In this document: positions 9,377 to 17,434 of the stretch, one piece after another
Position numbering within the stretch: position 1 is the stretch's first letter
Layout of the letters: each line of letters starts with the position of its first letter
Source of the DNA: Oligoflexales bacterium
GTDB taxonomy: Bacteria; Bdellovibrionota_B; Oligoflexia; Oligoflexales; RGVZ01
NCBI GenBank assembly: GCA_044236265.1
Contig: JBIIGV010000036.1
Span: 1-24,454 of the forward strand
DNA: 24,454 nt
Direction of reading: 5' to 3'
The notes under the pieces: generated by a model
Seen by the model: the letters and a program-made list of their open reading frames with translations, nothing else
Told to the model about the DNA's origin: nothing
Databases searched by the model: none
Position numbers and translations under genes: made by a program

Positions 9377-10534
9377 ATGCATTTAGGTCCACTCACTCGT
9401 CTGTCTGATGACGAGCAAATGTTTGTCAACGAAGTCGAAAAATTTGCAGCCAGCACCATCAAGCCCAAAGTGATGGAGATGGATGAGTCCGAGAAAATGG
9501 ATAAGTCTGTCATCGATGGTCTTTTTGAAATGGGCCTTATGGGCATTGAGGCCGCAACAGAATACGGCGGAGCTGGCGGTAGCTTTTTCATGTCGATTCT
9601 TGCCATCGAAGCACTCGCGAAAGTGGATCCCTCGGTCTCTGTTCTTTGTGACGTACAAAACACATTGGTAAACAATATCTTTTACCGTTACGCAAATGCG
9701 GAGCAGCGAAAGAAATATCTTCCACGTTTGGTCTCTAAAGAAGTTGGATCTTACTGCTTAACTGAGCCAAACAGTGGTTCCGATGCATTTGCCATGAAGG
9801 CGCGTGCCCACGACGAAGGATCCCACTGGCGCCTTGAAGGTAAAAAGATCTTCATCACCAACGCCAAAGAGGCCAACATCTTTGTGGTGTTTGCGAATAC
9901 CAATCCTGAAATTGGCTACAAGGGTATTACAGCCTTTGTTTGCGAGCGTGGCATGCCTGGTTTTTCCGTTGGGAAAAAAGAAGTAAAACTCGGTATTAGA
10001 GCCTCCTCAACCTGCGAAGTAATTCTTGATAACGTAAAAGTTCCAAAAGAAAACGTGGTTGGTGAAGTTGGCAAAGGCTACAAGATTGCAATCGAGACCT
10101 TAAATGAAGGCCGGATCGGAATCGCAGCTCAGATGCTTGGTCTTGCGCAGGGAGCCTTGAACGGTGCGATGACCTATGCTCGTCAGCGCGTGCAATTTGG
10201 TAAAGAATTGCGAGACTTTCAGGGTGTTCAGTTCGACTTGGCAGATCTCGCGACCCAGGTTGAAGCCGCAAGACTTATGGTCTACAACGCAGCCCGTCTT
10301 AAGGATGCAGGCCTTCCATTTGTGAAAGAAGCGGCCATGGCTAAGCTTTACGTCGGTGACGTGGCCGAAGAGGTGGCGTCCAGAGCCCTTGAGATTTACG
10401 GTGGTTACGGCTTTATTAAGGAATTTCCTGCAGAAAAGTTTTACCGCGATGCAAAGATTGGTAAACTTTACGAAGGAACATCCAATATGCAAAAAGCGAC
10501 CATCTTTAAGCTGATTGACGGTCAAATGAAGTAA
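9377..10534 (+). CDS. Acyl-CoA dehydrogenase (short/branched-chain type)
   Basis: YCLTEPNSGSDA, GKKIFITN, KLGIRASST, LNEGRIGIAAQ, GGYGF, YRDAKIGKLYEGT; GGAGGA RBS. Confidence 0.96.
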   Translation: MHLGPLTRLSDDEQMFVNEVEKFAASTIKPKVMEMDESEKMDKSVIDGLFEMGLMGIEAATEYGGAGGSFFMSILAIEALAKVDPSVSVLCDVQNTLVNNIFYRYANAEQRKKYLPRLVSKEVGSYCLTEPNSGSDAFAMKARAHDEGSHWRLEGKKIFITNAKEANIFVVFANTNPEIGYKGITAFVCERGMPGFSVGKKEVKLGIRASSTCEVILDNVKVPKENVVGEVGKGYKIAIETLNEGRIGIAAQMLGLAQGALNGAMTYARQRVQFGKELRDFQGVQFDLADLATQVEAARLMVYNAARLKDAGLPFVKEAAMAKLYVGDVAEEVASRALEIYGGYGFIKEFPAEKFYRDAKIGKLYEGTSNMQKATIFKLIDGQMK

Positions 10535-10549
10535 CCATTCGAGGTAATT

Positions 10550-11581
10550 ATGAAGCTTCCTGTGATGATACAAACTTTAGGAATCATCACAGGAAGTTTT
10601 CTTTTGGGTACATCCTCAACCTTAGCTGGCATTGGGTTGTTAACCTCAAAGCCTATGAGTGAGCGCCAGATTCCTCTGTCACTGTCGGCAATTTTGTGCG
10701 CGCGCCAGGCAACGGCTGCAGATTTTTTTACTAACGGTGTGTTTGATGCGCAGGTGCAGGTGGTGCGCCTTACGCCTACAGCAGGGCAAAAGCTGACACG
10801 TGACCAGGCGCGTGAGCGTGCCAAAAAACTGGCTACGCAGCATGAGCAAGGCTCTTATGCTTATAACACTTGTGCCGATGGTGGGGCTTGGGCGTTGGCT
10901 CTTCCCGTGGCTGATGCTGTTACCGTTGAAAATCAGAATTTGAAATTGCCTCAGGCATTAAATCTTACATGTGCTGCGGGCACGTTAAAGACGCTCTTTG
11001 TGCCTGAAGCAAAAGGGCGGGCTCTCGCCTTGCCGCGTTCTGCTAACAATGTGGCAGCTCTTCCCAATCAGCGCGGCTATGCATCGGTATCCTGTGTCTT
11101 CAAACAAAATCAGAATGCAGGTCCTCGTGAGATCGCTTTGATTCCGGTGCAAGGTGCTTCGATTGATGCGGCGGATGTTGGTAAAAAATCATTGGCCTCG
11201 ATCGACAAGAACTTGGAAGCCTGGGTGAACGAAAAGCGCCGATTGGAAAATCTCCCTGCTTTGACTGCAAATAAAGATCTAAATGACGCAGCAAAAAGCC
11301 TGATGGGGAAAAAATTAATTACCCACAACGCTCAAGCTCTCTCGACTGCGAGGACGCTATTGACCAATAAAGGTATTGAGCCGCTGGGCGAGGACCGCGT
11401 CCGTGGACGGGACATCAACGAGCTCGCTGGGCTTTTATGGATGTCTCCGGCCCATAGGAATCTGATTCTTGATCCGTCAGCAGACATCATCGGTCTTGCC
11501 GTCGAGCAAGATGACGGCGGCTTATTTGCCGTATTTATTGCAGGCAAAAAACTTGCTGGTTCTGTTGCCAAGAAGCTTTAA
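10550..11581 (+). CDS. Exported protein with a C-terminal CAP/SCP domain
   Basis: Hydrophobic N-terminus; VNEKRRLENLPAL…LNDAA…GED…LWMSPAHRNLILDP…IGLAV; GAGG RBS. Confidence 0.8.
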   Translation: MKLPVMIQTLGIITGSFLLGTSSTLAGIGLLTSKPMSERQIPLSLSAILCARQATAADFFTNGVFDAQVQVVRLTPTAGQKLTRDQARERAKKLATQHEQGSYAYNTCADGGAWALALPVADAVTVENQNLKLPQALNLTCAAGTLKTLFVPEAKGRALALPRSANNVAALPNQRGYASVSCVFKQNQNAGPREIALIPVQGASIDAADVGKKSLASIDKNLEAWVNEKRRLENLPALTANKDLNDAAKSLMGKKLITHNAQALSTARTLLTNKGIEPLGEDRVRGRDINELAGLLWMSPAHRNLILDPSADIIGLAVEQDDGGLFAVFIAGKKLAGSVAKKL

Positions 11582-11600
11582 TTTTTATCGTAAAGTTGAT

Positions 11601-12065
11601 CTACTTTGCTTTTTGCTTCACGTAGACCAGTTTTTCAACTTCAGCGACGACCTTACCCTCAGTGTCGCAAACAGTTGTTTTGAATACAGGCTCTATTTTT
11701 CCGTGACTCAGAGCGTCTTGGCGTATGCGCTCGATCTCATCTTTGGAAATTTCAAAGACGGCCCGAACGGTGCCCTTACCGGGACGTTTAAACCTTATCT
11801 GGGCGCCTTTGTCCCAAATTACAAAGTCTTTCCCTAGATGATGAATCAAGATTCCCATAAAGAACGGGTCACACATGGCGTAGAGGGATCCGCCGAAGTG
11901 AACGCCCACAATATTGCGATTAAACCAGGTTTCCCTGAGCTCTACGGTGATTCTAGTGAAGTCTTTGTCTGCATCGACGACTTTAATGCCTGCGCCGAGA
12001 AATGGTCCCCAGAAGTTTATTCCGTGACGCATGAGAATGCCGGCATATTTTAGCTTTAGACTCAC
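11601..12065 (-). CDS. Hotdog-fold thioesterase-like protein (DUF4442/YiiD-C type)
   Basis: NFWGPFLGAGIKV, NRNIVGVHFGGSLYAMCDPF, WDKGAQIRFKRPG. Confidence 0.88.
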   Translation of the reverse strand: MSLKLKYAGILMRHGINFWGPFLGAGIKVVDADKDFTRITVELRETWFNRNIVGVHFGGSLYAMCDPFFMGILIHHLGKDFVIWDKGAQIRFKRPGKGTVRAVFEISKDEIERIRQDALSHGKIEPVFKTTVCDTEGKVVAEVEKLVYVKQKAK

Positions 12066-12074
12066 GAGTTTCTC

Positions 12075-12926
12075 TCAAAGTTTTGTTTCATAGGCCTGTA
12101 GACAGTTGGCCATGAGCATGGCGATGGTCATGGGCCCAACTCCTCCTGGCACAGGAGTAAATAAGGATGCCAAGGCCATTGCATCGTCTGGTTTCACATC
12201 ACCTGTCAGTTTACCTGTATCCGTTCTGTGAATGCCCACATCGATGACGACAGCGCCTGGCTTAATCCAGTCACTGGTTACCAGATGTTTGACACCCGCA
12301 GCAGCGACCAGAATATCCGCAGTCTTAGCGATCTTTTCGGGATTTGTGGATTTACTGTGGATACAAGTTACTGAGGCATTAGCGTGTAATAAAAGCATTT
12401 GCAGGGGTAAACCGACCAAAACAGAGCGCCCAATTACAACGGCTTGTTTGCCGCTGCAGTTGACGCCTTCGTACTTTAAAAGCTCCATGACTCCAGCCGG
12501 CGTGCATGGGCGCAGTGCCGGCAAATTCCAGAGTAAGCGTCCTTGGTTAAAAAACGAAAGACCGTCCACGTCTTTGCCCGGATCAATCGCTGAGATGACT
12601 TTTACGCGGTCAATGTGACGAGGCATGGGCAGTTGCGGGAGAATGCCATCAATTGATGAGTCGGTGTTTAGGATTTTAATGTGCGCTAGCAGATCAGATT
12701 CTGAGGTTGCTGCGGGCAGTCGAAAGGCTTTGGACTTAATGCCGGCTTCCGCACAGGCTTTTTCTTTGTGGGATACGTAAACCTGACTGGCTGGATCGTC
12801 ACCGACGAGGATGACTGCTAGGCATGGTGCTCGTCGTCCGGCTGCGGTGTGGGCGGCGATTTTTTGCCGCACTTGATCTCTGATCTTCTGTCCAACCGCT
12901 TTACCGTCGATGAGACGAGCTGTCAT
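12075..12926 (-). CDS. folD: Bifunctional methylenetetrahydrofolate dehydrogenase/cyclohydrolase
   Basis: LVGDDPASQVYV, KDVDGL, PCTPAG, VIGRSVLVG, VIDVGI, TPVPGGVGPMT. Confidence 0.97.
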   Translation of the reverse strand: MTARLIDGKAVGQKIRDQVRQKIAAHTAAGRRAPCLAVILVGDDPASQVYVSHKEKACAEAGIKSKAFRLPAATSESDLLAHIKILNTDSSIDGILPQLPMPRHIDRVKVISAIDPGKDVDGLSFFNQGRLLWNLPALRPCTPAGVMELLKYEGVNCSGKQAVVIGRSVLVGLPLQMLLLHANASVTCIHSKSTNPEKIAKTADILVAAAGVKHLVTSDWIKPGAVVIDVGIHRTDTGKLTGDVKPDDAMALASLFTPVPGGVGPMTIAMLMANCLQAYETKL

Positions 12927-14236
12927 GTACTGAGGGCCTCACTTGCTGCAATCACTGACTCAATCAGATTGTCATCGCCATTGAGGCTTTGTCCGTAGGC
13001 ATCACCACAGAAAGCGAGATGGCGATCTTGTACAGCATCGATCTTCAGTCTGTCGAGATGTTTTCGTTCTTGCGCAGATGGAGTCTGTGCCCAGCCCACA
13101 GGGATAAGAGCAACACGTTCAACACCGGTCTTAATCGATGTTTCAGCCGCAAGAAGTTTGCGGTGAGCGCGCTTTAATCTTTTTACAGCCTTAACAACAT
13201 CAGGGGCTTGTAAAGAAAGTTCGTAATCAATCGTTGCCTGGAAAACAATTTCCTTGGGCGATACAGACGCCTGCACGCTCTCGGCTGGAATCATGATGAT
13301 TTGAGCAAGTTGTGAGGTGTCGCCAGAAAGAACGGGGCAGCTAAGTGTGACTAAGCTGACGGGCTTGGTTTTACTTACAACTGTTAGAAGTTGTGTAGGC
13401 CAGAGTTTTTTTGGAAGCCACTGGGAGGCAAGCCATGGAGCTTGAGCCACGACCAGTTTGTCTCCAAAAATCTCTCCTTGTGCAGTTTTAAGATGCCATT
13501 CGTCGCCATCATGGTCAGCGTTGATGATGCGCGCTCCCGTCATGATTTTCAGTTGACCTGATTCTTCAAACTTTCGGGTTAACGCTTTGAGCGCTGCATT
13601 CCATTCACCAGTGTAGGGTTCACTTGTGTAGAACGCGCTGCGTTCAGCGATCGCTCCTGGGGTCGACTCCCAAATATTTGTGATTCCAAATGTTTGAGCA
13701 TAGGTCTCAAGGACCATGGTGGCTGGACTTTTGCGGGGAGCCTTCCAAACGTCAGCGAAGGTTTTGTCAAAGCGATCTTCGGCATCAAAAAGTTTTTGTA
13801 CCTCGCCCCATTGGCGCTGTGCCGCGAGTCCACCGAGCGCGCGCGCTCCCTTGTCAGAGCAAAGAGATTTGACGTCAACCGTTGTGAACTTGTTACCCAT
13901 GAGCAGTGCTGCTTGGGACTGCCGACCACTGACAAGAGTCGGTAGGTCGTCGGCCTCAGGGTCATGCTTAATGGCTTGATTCCAGAATTCGTATAGACGA
14001 GGGGTGATAGCGTTAAAACCTGTTCCCCGGGAGTCGCCTTCCAGGGTGCCAAGACGTCCACCTGCTCGGGTTTCCTTTTCAAGGACGAGGACTTTGCCGT
14101 CAGGGTTAGCGAGGCAATAGCGATGGGCCACAAGAAGTCCCGCGATACCGGCTCCAGCGACAATCAAATTGTAGCTTGGGGCTTCATTTTCTGTAGTTAC
14201 AGGGGCTTCGTTCATAGTTTCCTGAGTTGACTCCAT
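12923..14236 (-). CDS. FAD-dependent oxidoreductase (amine oxidase/protoporphyrinogen oxidase-like superfamily), substrate unknown
   Basis: VAGAGIAGL dinucleotide motif, VLEKETRAGGR (GG motif), C-terminal FCGDA; ATGA overlap with folD. Confidence 0.8.
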   Translation of the reverse strand: MESTQETMNEAPVTTENEAPSYNLIVAGAGIAGLLVAHRYCLANPDGKVLVLEKETRAGGRLGTLEGDSRGTGFNAITPRLYEFWNQAIKHDPEADDLPTLVSGRQSQAALLMGNKFTTVDVKSLCSDKGARALGGLAAQRQWGEVQKLFDAEDRFDKTFADVWKAPRKSPATMVLETYAQTFGITNIWESTPGAIAERSAFYTSEPYTGEWNAALKALTRKFEESGQLKIMTGARIINADHDGDEWHLKTAQGEIFGDKLVVAQAPWLASQWLPKKLWPTQLLTVVSKTKPVSLVTLSCPVLSGDTSQLAQIIMIPAESVQASVSPKEIVFQATIDYELSLQAPDVVKAVKRLKRAHRKLLAAETSIKTGVERVALIPVGWAQTPSAQERKHLDRLKIDAVQDRHLAFCGDAYGQSLNGDDNLIESVIAASEALST

Positions 14237-14431
14237 AAAACTCTCTACTCCGTTCAGATGGTGGAACCTTGTCTCTAGCTAGGAGATGTCCCTCGTTGAA
14301 CAGTGATTAAATTTTGGGTGTTCTCGCTATGAATTCTATTAAAATCATGGCTTTAATGCCACATGAATATGAAGGATATGGCTAAAAAAATTGGGCTCAT
14401 GGCCCGGGATGGCCAACCCTTTTGATAGTGC

Positions 14432-14461
14432 TTGACGCGTCCGATTGAACTTCTGTATTGT
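14432..14461 (+). promoter_or_regulatory. Probable sigma70 promoter for tRNA-Pro
   Basis: TTGACG-18 bp-TATTGT followed by a GC-rich discriminator-like TCCCGCC just upstream of the tRNA. Confidence 0.55.
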
Positions 14462-14477
14462 TCCCGCCTTCCTAAGT

Positions 14478-14553
14478 CGGGGTGTAGCGCAATTGGTAGC
14501 GCGCGTGCTTTGGGAGCATGAGGTTGCTGGTTCGAGTCCAGTCTCCCCGACCA
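14478..14553 (+). tRNA. tRNA-Pro(UGG), CCA encoded
   Basis: CGGGGTG acceptor stem, D-arm, anticodon loop TT-TGG-GA, T-arm GCTGG-TTCGAGT-CCAGT, 3' CCCCGACCA. Confidence 0.97.
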
Positions 14554-14567
14554 GTCCCAACAATATC

Positions 14568-14612
14568 CGAACAGAAAACCACATCATCCCGGTTTTCTGT
14601 TCGTTTTATTTT
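14568..14612 (+). terminator. Hairpin/terminator after the tRNA
   Basis: 13-bp stem CGAACAGAAAACC/GGTTTTCTGTTCG followed by TTTTATTTT. Confidence 0.65.
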
Positions 14613-14699
14613 CACCGAATTGCTGAGTTTGATTTTCGGACTAGCCCTTTCAAATTCCACAATACTTCGTGTTTGCCCTGCCCTCAGTTTATGTTTTCT

Positions 14700-16367
14700 T
14701 CAGTTTTTCAAAGCTGCCTTAAAGACTAATGACTCCCAGGAATCGTCGTACTGCCTATAGAGATAGGGTATCCAGATGTCCACCTTCGTGGGTGTTGCGG
14801 AGGTTAACTTCCCTCTCGAATCTGTCGATCGTGTCGCCGTCACTTGCTGCCGAAGAATTGCGCCATCCGGCACGTTCTGGCGGGCTCCACCAAGTATTGG
14901 CGATACCTGAACGCGAAAGCCACTATTGTTGGCACTATCGAGATACACGTCGATAAAAAGACGAGCGTAAGCGGAGTCACCAGAATCGGGAAACCCTACC
15001 AGCTTAACTCTCTTTCCAAGTTGATCCTTCATACTCCAGACGAAGCCAGTGCAAGTTGATATACACCACTCATTGACTAGTAGTCGTACATCCCCGGTGA
15101 ATCCGTGTTTACGCGGCTCAAAAAGACCTGTGTCGCAACTTTGATCGTTATGAGCGCAGAACTGGGGAATGGTTGGCAGAAATGATCCGAGTTTCATCTT
15201 CTGAAACGCGGACGATGTTTTGAGATTGTTGAACCAAATCTCCTTGGCATTGTCTTCGTAGAAAAGAGCATTGCGGATGGGGTCATCGTTAAGCTCGGCC
15301 AGTTTCTTGAATTGAACGTACAACTCTTGGAATGGCTTGGTGTAAAACAGCTGATACCAAGCAACTGGAGTATCTCCACCACCGTTGTCGATTAGATCAA
15401 TGATCAGTTTCCGGGTGGCGGGGGCCTTATCTTTCCAGTATTTTTCGTAGAACTGCTCCACCTCATCTTTTAATGATTGAATTTTCGACTCTTTTGGTAG
15501 TTCCCGATACCTAAAGCTGACGATACGAAGAACGGTCACATTAGAAGCAATATCAGATTCAAAAACACAGATATTAAGACCCTTGTATACTGGCTTAAAT
15601 CCCAGGTACCGATCAGGTTTATCGGGGCAGTCACCTTCCACGTTTGTGCCCTGAGCAGCTGCAGATCTTGTAACTAGCTTAGGGATTTCTACAGGCACAC
15701 TGACGTCCCATGTCCGCCCATTTCTCTCTAATGTATAGGTAAGAGGAGATCGCCAGTCCCAGCTTAGGAGTCCCTTTCTGAAATGATCAAAGATGTTAGC
15801 TTCGCACTGCTGTCTCAAAGGAAACTTACAATTAATAAAGTTCTCATCACTCCATATGGCCATCGCTTTACCATTGATAGCGACAATGTTATCGCCAAGA
15901 GCGGGACGTGTGACTTCTTTGATCTCTTTGGTAAGTTCTCCGTCAATCGAACTGATTTTATATTTGAACTTCGATGGCTTTGGTCCAATAAAATCTGCGC
16001 CGAACCTAAACGCAATCTTGGGTCTAAGCCTACCAGCGGCGATGTCATAGTTATCTGCCAGGGTTACTTTGGCATGGAGATTTGGGTACGTTGCATCGAG
16101 TTTCCTAAACACTTGGCCGAAGTCGATCTTGCTTTCAGCGTTCCGAGCTTGAGCACGTAGGTCGGCGACGGTCGCTTGCCAGCTTACTGGCCTATTTCTG
16201 CGAGCTGGCAACCCCTCACCATCAATGCGCTCAAGCTCAGAGACGACTTTGTCAAAGATAGCAACTCTAGTTTCAGGACTTATGAATTTTTCGCGTTCGT
16301 TTGCTTCAGCAGTCTCTGTAAAAAGTGCAGACATAAAAAAGATAATTTTGACGACGCGCTTTAACAT
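14700..16367 (-). CDS. Secreted S41-family (tail-specific protease-like) peptidase with a PDZ-like segment
   Basis: Signal peptide; GDNIVAINGK (PDZ-like), LIIDLIDNGGG, LLVNEWCIS, LVGFPDSG; AGGAG RBS. Confidence 0.75.
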   Translation of the reverse strand: MLKRVVKIIFFMSALFTETAEANEREKFISPETRVAIFDKVVSELERIDGEGLPARRNRPVSWQATVADLRAQARNAESKIDFGQVFRKLDATYPNLHAKVTLADNYDIAAGRLRPKIAFRFGADFIGPKPSKFKYKISSIDGELTKEIKEVTRPALGDNIVAINGKAMAIWSDENFINCKFPLRQQCEANIFDHFRKGLLSWDWRSPLTYTLERNGRTWDVSVPVEIPKLVTRSAAAQGTNVEGDCPDKPDRYLGFKPVYKGLNICVFESDIASNVTVLRIVSFRYRELPKESKIQSLKDEVEQFYEKYWKDKAPATRKLIIDLIDNGGGDTPVAWYQLFYTKPFQELYVQFKKLAELNDDPIRNALFYEDNAKEIWFNNLKTSSAFQKMKLGSFLPTIPQFCAHNDQSCDTGLFEPRKHGFTGDVRLLVNEWCISTCTGFVWSMKDQLGKRVKLVGFPDSGDSAYARLFIDVYLDSANNSGFRVQVSPILGGARQNVPDGAILRQQVTATRSTDSRGKLTSATPTKVDIWIPYLYRQYDDSWESLVFKAALKN

Positions 16368-16604
16368 GCAGACTACTCTCCTAAGTTCACGAATGTGCTG
16401 GGAATCCTATCACGTGTCATTCTATTTTTCGTCCCTTGATTCGCGGCCCTTAGCGGCCCACCAACAGAAGCCCTGGCTGTTATCTTTAACTGGATCGCCT
16501 GTGCCTAGCACGAGGCATCGGAATCCATTAGCAAATGGACTTGACACGCCTGCAGGAGTTGAAGAAACGTCTGAAGTTAATCCGATGCCACTGTCAAGAA
16601 AGCA

Positions 16605-16642
16605 AAAAATGTGAGCATTTGTCCTAATGAACAAATGCTCAC
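16605..16642 (-). terminator. Intrinsic terminator of the recombinase-domain gene
   Basis: Perfect 12-bp stem GTGAGCATTTGT/ACAAATGCTCAC (16611-16642), then ATTTTTT on the minus strand. Confidence 0.7.
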
Positions 16643-16653
16643 GATTATTCCCT

Positions 16654-17145
16654 CTAAATGTTTAATTGGTTATTCGCGTGTCGTTTTACAATAGAGCGTA
16701 CGAGTGAATGTTCCCACGGCGACCCCCTTCGGTTCGTGAGTCCTTGGCTATTTAAATTCCTGACGATGTCTGAATAGGATTTGCCTTTGGTCCAGAGTTC
16801 CATGATGGTGTGGACAATTTCTATCTCTTTGGCGTCCAAGATTAAGCAACCGCGAAGATTTTGATAGCCATATGGAGTATTTCCAGAGTGAGTTCCTGGA
16901 GGTTGTGTTCTTCGGGTTAACGGAACCTTTCCCGATTCTCTAATGGATACGTCGGCCTCTGAAAGTGCCTTTTTGATAAAGCTTTTTGACTTGTTTAGCT
17001 GCTTTGAAATTTTGCGCAAAGAGAGGCCTGAAGCATAAAATTCGGCAGCTTTTGAAGAAATTCCCTCTATTGAGAGCGATGGAAGCTCAATATAATCGTG
17101 TGGTTGCCGCTGTTCGTAGTTTGTTGGACAAACCCGACCATTTTT
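16654..17145 (-). CDS. HTH plus serine-recombinase 'Recombinase' DNA-binding domain frame with no catalytic domain; 5'-truncated at the att-like site (first usable start is TTG 17019, inside the HTH)
   Basis: Open frame KNGRVCPTNYEQRQPHDYIELP…FYASGLSLRKISKQLNKSKSFIKKAL (HTH)…TPYGY…EIEIVHTIMELWTKGKSYSDIVRNLNSQGLTNRRGSPWEHSLVRSIV. Confidence 0.7.
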   Translation of the reverse strand, partial: KNGRVCPTNYEQRQPHDYIELPSLSIEGISSKAAEFYASGLSLRKISKQLNKSKSFIKKALSEADVSIRESGKVPLTRRTQPPGTHSGNTPYGYQNLRGCLILDAKEIEIVHTIMELWTKGKSYSDIVRNLNSQGLTNRRGSPWEHSLVRSIVKRHANNQLNI

Positions 17146-17161
17146 TTAGACCATTCACAAG
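17136..17161 (+). repeat. Direct repeat copy A (att-like junction)
   Basis: GACCATTTTTTTAGACCATTCACAAG; 25/27 alignment columns identical to 21824-21850. Confidence 0.75.
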
Positions 17162-17434
17162 GTTCTTTAACTCTCCGCCCTTTGCGGGAGTCTCGTCTGT
17201 TGTAAAATCAAAAATTTTTAAGGAATCAAAAAAATTTTGACTGACTTCAGATCCGAAATCAAAACATTTCCCACCATTGCGCGAAAATTTCCGGGTAATG
17301 CTTCCATTTGCTACCAGGGGTGCTGTCATGCTTACGTAAGTTTGACTGAACCTGCAAACGGCTAGTTTCGTGATTAAAGTAACCCTGTGAAAGGCCATGC
17401 GATCACGCGGCAAAATAATGAAAGCGCCTTTAAT

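Larger units (their letters stand above)
14546..17140. mobile_element. Degenerate integrated element at the tRNA-Pro 3' end, bounded by the direct repeat CCCGACCA
   Basis: CCCGACCA at 14546-14553 (tRNA end) and at 17133-17140; a Recombinase-domain frame abuts the right copy; no catalytic integrase is left. Confidence 0.55.

Noticed and set aside
720..13979. Numerous 60-190 aa antisense or alternate-frame ORFs inside the core genes
   Set aside because: They overlap confidently assigned genes and show no recognisable motifs.
14345..14760. Several short ORFs overlapping the tRNA
   Set aside because: These are shadows of the tRNA sequence; only the 14554-14660 minus frame is discussed, as part of the att hypothesis.
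16422..16634. 70-aa minus-strand ORF (…GFRCLVLG…GFCWWAAK…)
   Set aside because: It starts within a terminator hairpin, with no RBS or recognisable domain; at most a gene remnant.
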